DNA of 64,000 bases from an uncultured virus (IMG/VR IMGVR_UViG_3300035501_000482) (Duplodnaviria > Heunggongvirae > Uroviricota > Caudoviricetes). The translations under genes and the position numbers were made by a program. Position 1 is the first letter of the stretch; each line of letters begins with the position of its first letter. Shown piece by piece: positions 8,323 through 16,676 of the stretch. The notes beneath the pieces are model-generated. The model saw only the letters and a list, made by a program, of their open reading frames with translations. It did no database searches and was not told the origin of the DNA. The DNA lies in the IMG/VR virus record IMGVR_UViG_3300035501_000482; one strand, written 5' to 3'.

Positions 8323-9794
8323 TGAGAAACCCATTTACAAATTGGGGTCTATTCAAGAAACAGGAAAAGAATGATCCCAAGAAAGAGGAATTTAACCGAA
8401 ACATATCTGGTATATCACCGGGTAGAGTTTCGGTTCCTGATGATAGGTCTATGCTTCAAGTATTAAAGGGCCAAACCAGGATGGTAACACCCTCATTCAG
8501 AAGAGAGGTTATACCTTTGATTAGAGACCTATATAAAGTAAATCCAGATGTAAGCATTGCTCTACAGGATATGTTCAAGCTAGCTAACACTGGCCATGAT
8601 ATTACTTTTCCTAACAATGAGGACAAAGAGGCTGATAAGATGAGAGAACATCTTAGAATGGCAACTAAAAGATGGTCAATGTATACTTCTGGTATAGATG
8701 GATTAGTAAACAAAATGATAGTCCAGTTATTAATAGGTGGAGCTATATCTGTAGAGGGAGTACCAAATAAAGACCTATCTGGATTAAGTACTATCCTATT
8801 CATAAAGCCAGAAGATATATACTTCGAAAGAGATAACGAAGGAGTATATCACCCATATCAGATTAATCACCATGTAGATAGAGGTATAAATAAGGATTTC
8901 ATAAAACTTAATACCGATACCTACGTATATTCTGGTATGTACAATGATACTGATGAACCCTATGGAATACCTCCATTCCTTGCTTCATTAGACTCTTTAA
9001 AGTCACAACAAGACATGAAAATCAATTTCAAGCATATAATGGAGATGGTTGGAATGGTTGGCTTCTTAGAGGCTAAAATGGCAAAACCAGATCAATTAGC
9101 AAATGAATCAGAAAGGGCCTATTCAGCTAGACTTAATAGAATGCTAAGAGAGCTTAAGAAAAATCTTAAGGAGGGTATGAAGGATGGAGTAGTAACTGGC
9201 TACATAGATGACCACGAATTCAAGCTTAATTCAACTACAAAAGAACTATCAAATCTTAGTGTACCCTGGGATATGAATCAGCAATCAGTTGCTAATGGTT
9301 TAGGTATTAATGGAGCAATCATAGGTACTGGTAATTCAACTGAGGCTTCAACTGGTGTAAACCTTTCAAAGATGATCTCTCAGTTGAAGGTGGTACAATC
9401 CATAGTATCATATGTATTAGAGTTCTTATATTCATTAGAATTAAGATTAGCTGGGTTCGATAATAAAGGTATGACAATTACTTGGGGTACTACAACTATC
9501 ACGGATGATGTTAAAGTACAACAGGCAAGACAATATAAAATCCAAAACCTTGACCTACTTTATAAGGCTGGTATAATATCCCAAAGTCAATATGCTTGGG
9601 AGATGGGTTATGATTCCCCAGACCAAGAGGATCCTAGAGTTCCATTGGTTGAAACTGATACCACTAATAGTGATCCACAGGAGATGACTAAGAAGAAACA
9701 AAGACAGTCAGATAAGAATCAGTCTGCAAGAAGATCAAGGACTAAAACTAACCCAAATCCTTCAAGAGGAGATACAAATTCAAAACCCGTATAA
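8322..9794 (+). CDS. portal protein
   Basis: Directly after terL, 490 aa, YGIPP motif, helical. Confidence 0.85.
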   Translation: MRNPFTNWGLFKKQEKNDPKKEEFNRNISGISPGRVSVPDDRSMLQVLKGQTRMVTPSFRREVIPLIRDLYKVNPDVSIALQDMFKLANTGHDITFPNNEDKEADKMREHLRMATKRWSMYTSGIDGLVNKMIVQLLIGGAISVEGVPNKDLSGLSTILFIKPEDIYFERDNEGVYHPYQINHHVDRGINKDFIKLNTDTYVYSGMYNDTDEPYGIPPFLASLDSLKSQQDMKINFKHIMEMVGMVGFLEAKMAKPDQLANESERAYSARLNRMLRELKKNLKEGMKDGVVTGYIDDHEFKLNSTTKELSNLSVPWDMNQQSVANGLGINGAIIGTGNSTEASTGVNLSKMISQLKVVQSIVSYVLEFLYSLELRLAGFDNKGMTITWGTTTITDDVKVQQARQYKIQNLDLLYKAGIISQSQYAWEMGYDSPDQEDPRVPLVETDTTNSDPQEMTKKKQRQSDKNQSARRSRTKTNPNPSRGDTNSKPV

Positions 9795-9797
9795 ATT

Positions 9798-11261
9798 ATG
9801 CCTACATTCAAGAAAAATAAGGAACAGATGGATTCCTTAGTAATTGGGTCAGGTCACTCAATTATGGCTGGATTTATACCAGCTTCAATCCCTAAAGAAG
9901 AGTTCGTAGAGAACTTTTATAAGTGGAAGAACGTTACACCAGAAACTATCAGTAGTTTTGGATTCTTTGGTGGAGATATAGATTATAACACTTATTATCC
10001 TAATCTAACTCCAGAAGAGCTGGCTCCAAAGAATGATGAATTCGTAGAGCCAATGTTCAGATTATTATCCTCAACTATAGTATCAAAGAATTATAACCCA
10101 ACTGATTTCAGCCAAGGGAATGTTCTAAAAGCTTCTATGCCACTACTACTTGGCCAAACAGTTAATTGCGACCATGAAACAAACATAGGTAATGCAATTG
10201 GGGCTGTTAGCCAAGTAGTTTGGCAGGATGCTTATAGGGATGGTAATTTTGTAATACCAGCTGGTATTAATGGAGTACTTAAGATTGATGGGAAAGCTAA
10301 TCCAAGAATTGCTAGAGGTATTTTAATGGAGCCACCATCAATCCACTCTAACTCAGTAACTGTACAATTTAAATGGGATAAATCACACCCAGAATTGGAC
10401 GATAATGATTTCTATGAGAAGCTAGGTACTTATGATTCAAAAGGTAATATGGTTCGTAGGATGGTTACCGAAGTTGTTAGATACCTAGAAACATCCCTAG
10501 TATCCCATGGAGCTGATTCATTTGCTCAAAAGATTGGAGATAATGGCAAGATCATTAATCCAACTTATGCTAAAAGAACTTGGCAATCATATTCAGAATA
10601 TCAAGAGGATAAGTCAAAGCAGTACTTCTTCTCTGACTTTAAAACGGACTCATTTAGTGAGGTTAAGAATAGCGATACCAACGAATATGTTATAAATTCT
10701 AATAATAATAAATCCGAAGATATGACTTTAGAAGAGTTTATCCAGACCCTCATGGTAGCTGGAATTGTTCAATTGGCTGATAACCAAGAACCAACTGGTG
10801 ATGCAGTGCTTGCTTCACTAAAGAATGTTATTACAGAGTATAATAAGATCAAGGGTATTAATACAACCCAATTTGCAGAGATTACTGCATTGAAAGAGAG
10901 TATTAAGCAGCTTGAAGCTAAGGTGGTTAACTTGCAGGATATGGCCACTGTTGGCACTAATCATATTGCAGCTCTTAGAGAGACGGTAGTGGCTAACTAC
11001 AAGAAACTGAAGGGCGATGCAGTAGATGAAACTATCATCACAATGCTTAACTCTGATACTACTGGATTACAGACCCTTATCTCTTTGAACAAAGACTATC
11101 AGGCACAGCTTGAAGAGAAGTTCCCAATGACTTGCTCTAAGTGTGGAAGTCATGATATCAGTAGATCATCCTCTATCAAGCAAGATGAGAAGGAGGATAT
11201 TCAGCATAACCAGGAAACTGAGGATCCATTCTCTAAGCTTTATACTAGTAAGTTGAAGTAA
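9798..11261 (+). CDS. prohead protease with C-terminal scaffold
   Basis: VNCDH, SNSV and ETSLV HK97-type protease-like motifs; coiled-coil C-terminal half; position between portal and capsid. Confidence 0.75.
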   Translation: MPTFKKNKEQMDSLVIGSGHSIMAGFIPASIPKEEFVENFYKWKNVTPETISSFGFFGGDIDYNTYYPNLTPEELAPKNDEFVEPMFRLLSSTIVSKNYNPTDFSQGNVLKASMPLLLGQTVNCDHETNIGNAIGAVSQVVWQDAYRDGNFVIPAGINGVLKIDGKANPRIARGILMEPPSIHSNSVTVQFKWDKSHPELDDNDFYEKLGTYDSKGNMVRRMVTEVVRYLETSLVSHGADSFAQKIGDNGKIINPTYAKRTWQSYSEYQEDKSKQYFFSDFKTDSFSEVKNSDTNEYVINSNNNKSEDMTLEEFIQTLMVAGIVQLADNQEPTGDAVLASLKNVITEYNKIKGINTTQFAEITALKESIKQLEAKVVNLQDMATVGTNHIAALRETVVANYKKLKGDAVDETIITMLNSDTTGLQTLISLNKDYQAQLEEKFPMTCSKCGSHDISRSSSIKQDEKEDIQHNQETEDPFSKLYTSKLK

Positions 11262-11283
11262 TAAATATAAATCCTATTATAAT

Positions 11284-11736
11284 ATGGCATTACAAGAAAC
11301 TCCACTAACTTTGGTTGGCCAGGCCACTCCAAAGGCCGTGATTTATAAAAGCGAATCACAAAAACTACATCAGGCTTTTAATGTTAAGGATGGTGATACT
11401 ATCCTCAAAGGACAGCCCGTTATGTTGAACCTGGACGGTACTATTTCACCTTATACAGGTTCCGGTATATACATCGGTTTGGCAGTAACTGATTCTATCT
11501 TCCCAGCTTATGGGGCTCAAGCTAACTTCCCAATAGAGGTTACTGTTATGGTAGAAGGATTTGCGATTGTTAACTGGGTAGCAGGTGCTGCAAATATCCC
11601 AGCTGGTTATGTAACACCAGGTGCTACTTATAACAACAGATATGTAAAGGCTACTAAATCAACCGATGCAACCAATTTTATCGCATTGAATGTAACCGAG
11701 GAGGTCAATGATGTTATTCAGGTATTGGTAAAGTAA
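11284..11736 (+). CDS. capsid decoration/cement protein
   Basis: Small beta-rich protein immediately before the major capsid gene. Confidence 0.65.
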   Translation: MALQETPLTLVGQATPKAVIYKSESQKLHQAFNVKDGDTILKGQPVMLNLDGTISPYTGSGIYIGLAVTDSIFPAYGAQANFPIEVTVMVEGFAIVNWVAGAANIPAGYVTPGATYNNRYVKATKSTDATNFIALNVTEEVNDVIQVLVK

Positions 11737-11749
11737 AATAAATAGATAT

Positions 11750-12865
11750 ATGGCAATTAACACAGAAAAATATACTCAGCAAGATTTCAGAAATGAACTT
11801 CCAGGAGTAGTTAAGTCCCTCGATATGTATCGAGCTGGTAACAAAGATATCAAGCCAGTGGATATTAGTTTGGAGGAGGTAGTAAAGGAAAAGTATGGTA
11901 TTTCTCGTGAAAACTTTTTCGAGAAGTTGGGTATCAACTCAAAGTTGGACACCATGCAGAATATTTACTCAATGCCCGATCAGTCAATCAGATGGATTGT
12001 TCCAGAGATTATTCGTGAGGCAGTAACATTGGGTATGCGTCAAGCACCCTTCTATCCTAACATCATAGCATCAGACCAGCCTATTTCAGGATTGAGCGCT
12101 ATCATGCCAAGCATTAACATGTCAGATGCTGCTCCTGCTAAGGTAAACGAGGCTGAGACTATCCCATTGGGAGACATCAGCTTTGGTCAGAAGTCAGTTA
12201 GACTGTTTAAGATTGGTAAGGGATTCAAACTCACTGATGAGGTTAAGAATTATGTATCACTTGATGTATTGGGTATTTACCTCCGTGACTTCGGTGTTCA
12301 GTTGGGCTATGCTATGGATAGCTTGGCCATGGATACTTTGATTAATGGTAACTTGGTAGATGGTTCTGAATCTACTCCGGTAATTGGTGTATCAAGTACT
12401 ACTGATGGTATTACTTATAAGGATTTGCTCCGTATCTGGGTAAGAGCAGAAAGAATGGGCCGTAACTTCCGTACTATGATTGGTTCCGAGGATCAGGCAA
12501 TTGAACTGCTTAACTTGCCCGAGTTTAAAGAACGTCATGCTGGTACTACTGAAGCTACTCTTAATGTTAAGTCTCCAGTTCCTAATAGCGCTGATATGTA
12601 TATTCACCCAGGAACTCCAAATAAGCAGATCCTGATGGTTGATCCTTCTGCAGCTTTGATTAAGTTGACTGCTAAGCAGTTGATGCTTGAGTCAGAAAGA
12701 ATCGTATCTAACCAGACTGAGGCAGTATATGCTTCTTTGACTACGGGTTTCAGTAAGATGTACCAGGATGCTTCCTTATTGATTGCAGCTGATAAGTTGT
12801 TCTCTACTTACGGATTCCCGGATTCTATGAATGTAGATCCATTCCTTTTGGTGAATCTTGAATAA
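11750..12865 (+). CDS. major capsid protein
   Basis: 371 aa; V.E.E.IP and K.G...LT.E patterns typical of the HK97 fold; followed by a terminator. Confidence 0.9.
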   Translation: MAINTEKYTQQDFRNELPGVVKSLDMYRAGNKDIKPVDISLEEVVKEKYGISRENFFEKLGINSKLDTMQNIYSMPDQSIRWIVPEIIREAVTLGMRQAPFYPNIIASDQPISGLSAIMPSINMSDAAPAKVNEAETIPLGDISFGQKSVRLFKIGKGFKLTDEVKNYVSLDVLGIYLRDFGVQLGYAMDSLAMDTLINGNLVDGSESTPVIGVSSTTDGITYKDLLRIWVRAERMGRNFRTMIGSEDQAIELLNLPEFKERHAGTTEATLNVKSPVPNSADMYIHPGTPNKQILMVDPSAALIKLTAKQLMLESERIVSNQTEAVYASLTTGFSKMYQDASLLIAADKLFSTYGFPDSMNVDPFLLVNLE

Positions 12866-12881
12866 TACTTCCATATTTCTC

Positions 12882-12925
12882 TCTCCGACTATCCCTTCTC
12901 TTTGGTAGTCGGAGATATTTTATTT
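12882..12925 (+). terminator. terminator after capsid gene
   Basis: TCTCCGACTAT / GTAGTCGGAGA stem plus T-rich tail. Confidence 0.7.
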
Positions 12926-12943
12926 TAATAAACTTAAATAACT

Positions 12944-13321
12944 ATGGCAACAACAGTAACATTAGGTAACAAAGCACAAGTATTCCATGATGCTTCAACT
13001 GGTATCACAATTTGTAAGGGTGAATTGGTAACTCTCAGAGCATCCCAAGCAAATTCACCTAAAGTAAGAAGAGCTTTATCCACTGGTCATTTGGTAATTG
13101 CAACAACAACAGAAGAGGCTTCACAGGTAACTACTACTGAAAATTTAGACAAGCTAGATAAGAAACTACAAAATCAATACAAGAAGGGTGTTGAGATTTC
13201 AAAGCTAGCTAAGGATGTAACCCTTGACAATGCTAAAGCCCTCGCTTCTAAGTATGAAGTAGAAGTAGAGGAGACAGACACCGTTGAGGATATCTTGAAG
13301 GCAATTTTAGAAGATGAATAA
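12944..13321 (+). CDS. hypothetical head-associated protein
   Basis: Position after the capsid gene; small helical C-terminal domain. Confidence 0.6.
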   Translation: MATTVTLGNKAQVFHDASTGITICKGELVTLRASQANSPKVRRALSTGHLVIATTTEEASQVTTTENLDKLDKKLQNQYKKGVEISKLAKDVTLDNAKALASKYEVEVEETDTVEDILKAILEDE

Positions 13322-13331
13322 ACCAATATAG

Positions 13332-14195
13332 ATGAACAAACAGGATTTTACAATAAGCATAAAAAGCCTGGAGGTTTCATTAACCATACTATCAAAAGTC
13401 CCGGACGGTTTTACTACTGTTTGGGACTTTGGAGTAGTTGGAGAGGATAAGTCTGAAGAAAGTACCCATATTTATGAAACCTCAGGTATATATACCATAA
13501 CTCTGTACTACAGGTCTAACGAAACTGGTGATCTAGAAGAACAGCTTAGTAAAGTAGCTATTGTATCTGAACATGTTCATACACAGTTATCCGATTCTAT
13601 TTATAACTTGATAGATAAGTATATACCATCCGATTTACAATTAGAATTAACTTCAGCTGATAAAGACGCATATATAAGGAAATGGCAATTATATATTCAG
13701 CCTCTAGTGAATCATTTTATTCCACTAGATGAATATTCTAATGAGTTATATTATGAAGGACTAGAAAATCAACTAATAATGGAATTAGCAGTATATGATT
13801 ACCTATATACTAAAATCCAAACTATGCTAATCCAAACAGCTAACCAATTAACTAATCAAGTTGTTACTACTACCTCTGATGATTCTGAAGGTAGAGATAG
13901 AATTAAACAGATAACCACTGGACCAACAGAAGTTCAGTACTATGATACCGTAACAGAATCAATAAGCGCTTTATTCAAATCCTATTCAACTGCAACCCAA
14001 CCAGGTGGTATACTAGATGATATAAGGAAGAACCTATGTATGCTTGCAGCTAGACTAGAGATATTCTTACCAATATGTGAACACCCCAGACAGATTAAAG
14101 TACCAAAAATTACTAATGTTCGTAGAGCTGGTAGATTAGGAGGACCAAACCCAGGATCAGTAGTAAACAACCCAAAAGATAGTATCATAGAATGA
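13332..14195 (+). CDS. PKD/Ig-like domain head-tail adaptor (putative)
   Basis: WDFG...HIYETSGIYTITL PKD motif; head-completion position. Confidence 0.6.
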   Translation: MNKQDFTISIKSLEVSLTILSKVPDGFTTVWDFGVVGEDKSEESTHIYETSGIYTITLYYRSNETGDLEEQLSKVAIVSEHVHTQLSDSIYNLIDKYIPSDLQLELTSADKDAYIRKWQLYIQPLVNHFIPLDEYSNELYYEGLENQLIMELAVYDYLYTKIQTMLIQTANQLTNQVVTTTSDDSEGRDRIKQITTGPTEVQYYDTVTESISALFKSYSTATQPGGILDDIRKNLCMLAARLEIFLPICEHPRQIKVPKITNVRRAGRLGGPNPGSVVNNPKDSIIE

Positions 14196-14677
14196 AAACT
14201 CCATCTAAGTTTGTAAGTAATCGCTCTTGGAAAAGGTACATAGATATAGTATCTGGCTTCATGGATAATGATGCAGGTAGACAGGAGATTATATGGGCAA
14301 AGCATGTAAATCAGATGCTTAGTTTTGGTGAGGATTCCACTCCAGGTTATTATAAGATAACTATTGAAGCCTTATGCTATTACAATGCCTTCAGAAACTG
14401 GCCTATTAATCTTAGTACTACTACTGGAGAGCTAGATGAGGAAAACCTTTCTATTATGATCTCTAGAAAATACTTAGAGGATAATGGGTATATAAATGAT
14501 GATGGATACTGGGATCTTAATTGGGCAGAGGATAGGTTTATAATAAACGGTATTGCTTACAGACCAACTGGAGATACCAATGTTGCTCAGGCAAAGGATA
14601 AAGCAGTTGTATTTTTGCTTATTCTTAAAAGAGATAGAGATTCTAAGATTAACCCAGAAGACTGGGTAGAAATGTAA
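14192..14677 (+). CDS. head closure/neck protein (putative)
   Basis: Size, position and DRFIING.Y pattern. Confidence 0.55.
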   Translation: MKTPSKFVSNRSWKRYIDIVSGFMDNDAGRQEIIWAKHVNQMLSFGEDSTPGYYKITIEALCYYNAFRNWPINLSTTTGELDEENLSIMISRKYLEDNGYINDDGYWDLNWAEDRFIINGIAYRPTGDTNVAQAKDKAVVFLLILKRDRDSKINPEDWVEM

Positions 14678-14690
14678 AAATAAATGATAT

Positions 14691-15887
14691 ATGGCTGAAT
14701 ACTATTTAAGCAAGTACTATGATACTGGCGATGCTATAGATGAACGCCTGTTAAAAGGGGTTTATGATGATGCTGTTACTGCTGGGTATGATGGTACTAA
14801 AGAGGATTTCGATAAATACCTAGCAACAGCTGCTAGCTCTTTTCAATTAGGGGGTTCGGTATACATGGGTTTTGCTACTCCAGATACGGAGCCTAAAATA
14901 CCAGTAAATAATGGTGGAGTATTTTACCTAGCTACAGAAGCTGGTACTTATAAATTCGCCGACACCAACAGTAAAAAATTGGTAGTTAGTGATCATGGTA
15001 TTTATATTATATACCATGCTAGTGGTGATGGTAATTACTGGACTGCCATAAATTTACATGAGGGTATAAGCAATTATATAACTGGGCTAATAACAACAGA
15101 AGCAAATGCTAGAGAAGAAGCAGATAAAGCTGAAGCAGAGGAAAGGAAATATTATGATGACTTACTAGAAGAGCATATAAATACAAAAACTAGCGAGTTA
15201 AAAAAAGAGATAGATACTGTAAATGAATCTTTATATAAAGCTATTGAATCTGAGGCCACTACTAGGGAAGCAAATGACAATACCCTTGGGGATAAAATAT
15301 TAGAACTACAGAATGAGGTATTCCCAGTGATGTCAACATTCACAGTTAACCCATTGATAATACCAGTTGGGGTTGATACTACTATAACCTTTAATTATAA
15401 GGTAATACGTAAAAACTTGGATGTGACTGAGAAGGCTATAAAAACAATTAATGGCAATCAAGTAACAGGTAATACTAGTTCTGAAGTAGTAAATCTAGAA
15501 CATGGGGCTAGTAAAACCTACTCATTCATTTCATCCTATGAGGATGTACAAAGTGATACTATAAGTAGAACTATAAAAGCTACTAAGCCAAGTTATTTCG
15601 GAGTAGTACCCGCAGATTGGAGTACTTCTGATGGTTTTAGTACTTTAACCAGTAGTTTGATTGGAGATAAGTCACTACAGAAGTCCAATATTAATATTGA
15701 GAATGGTAAAATAGTATATGCTTACCCAGCTGACTTTAATGAACTAACCTCAGTAAAAGACGGAAATGGATATGAGGTATTATCTAGTTATGAATTAATT
15801 AAAGTTCAATTAAACGATATAAGCTATAACTGTTATTTACTCGCGAACGCGGTAACGGCAATTGGTGTAACTCAGATATATAAATAG
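14691..15887 (+). CDS. virion fibre/appendage protein
   Basis: FYLATEAGTY module, E..RE.AD coiled-coil repeats, beta-rich C-terminus. Confidence 0.6.
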   Translation: MAEYYLSKYYDTGDAIDERLLKGVYDDAVTAGYDGTKEDFDKYLATAASSFQLGGSVYMGFATPDTEPKIPVNNGGVFYLATEAGTYKFADTNSKKLVVSDHGIYIIYHASGDGNYWTAINLHEGISNYITGLITTEANAREEADKAEAEERKYYDDLLEEHINTKTSELKKEIDTVNESLYKAIESEATTREANDNTLGDKILELQNEVFPVMSTFTVNPLIIPVGVDTTITFNYKVIRKNLDVTEKAIKTINGNQVTGNTSSEVVNLEHGASKTYSFISSYEDVQSDTISRTIKATKPSYFGVVPADWSTSDGFSTLTSSLIGDKSLQKSNINIENGKIVYAYPADFNELTSVKDGNGYEVLSSYELIKVQLNDISYNCYLLANAVTAIGVTQIYK

Positions 15888-15889
15888 GT

Positions 15890-16663
15890 ATGGCAGAGAC
15901 TCGAGGAATACAATTGATAGATACGTTCCTGTATTCGGGTAACCGATTCCTGGACTTGCGTACAAGCTGTGCTACGGTAGCGGAGCTGAAGGCGACCGAC
16001 TTGTCTAGTGTGCCGGACGGATACATGAAGTATGTAGTGGAAACGCAAGACTGGTATGTGTATGGCTCCAAGAATGCGGAGATGGAGGATTCCGGCAAGT
16101 GGAGGAGAACTATCCCGCCACGTGCCGAGTGGATGGAAGAGTACTGCTTCGCCATCGTGGATCCCGATTATAACTTGCTGTTCGGAATAAGGAAGGATAA
16201 CGGGGAGGTGTTCTACAATAAAGGTATGAGCACGGAGGTGCGCAATCGGTTGGATGAACTCAGTGGATACCGGATAATGAATAACGACCAGTACATCTTC
16301 TGCGTTGCCGATAAAGATGAAAACATCCTATTCGGTATATTATACAACGGACAAGCTGTGGCTCACGGGTTAATCGAGGTGGTGACAATGTCTGAGTATT
16401 GCTCGATTCCACATCTGAAAGGAGCCTTGTATATTATTACCGGAAGCGACAATATGGTGCTTGGGACATACATCAACGATATGACGGTTAACGGAGGAGA
16501 AGCGTATTCGTACTTCCTGGACGGGAACGAATTGAGATACGAGGGACTTTCTACGACTCTGCCTAAGTTGACGGTTGAAGAAAATGTTCTGATGGTTGAG
16601 TATCCAAGCAACTATACCGGGCCTATGTTCCAGATGGAGGACGGAATGTTATTTGTAATTTAA
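15890..16663 (+). CDS. fibre-associated protein with Y.F...D...N.LFGI repeats
   Basis: Two repeat units shared with the next ORF. Confidence 0.6.
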   Translation: MAETRGIQLIDTFLYSGNRFLDLRTSCATVAELKATDLSSVPDGYMKYVVETQDWYVYGSKNAEMEDSGKWRRTIPPRAEWMEEYCFAIVDPDYNLLFGIRKDNGEVFYNKGMSTEVRNRLDELSGYRIMNNDQYIFCVADKDENILFGILYNGQAVAHGLIEVVTMSEYCSIPHLKGALYIITGSDNMVLGTYINDMTVNGGEAYSYFLDGNELRYEGLSTTLPKLTVEENVLMVEYPSNYTGPMFQMEDGMLFVI

Positions 16664-16676
16664 TAAAATAGATATA

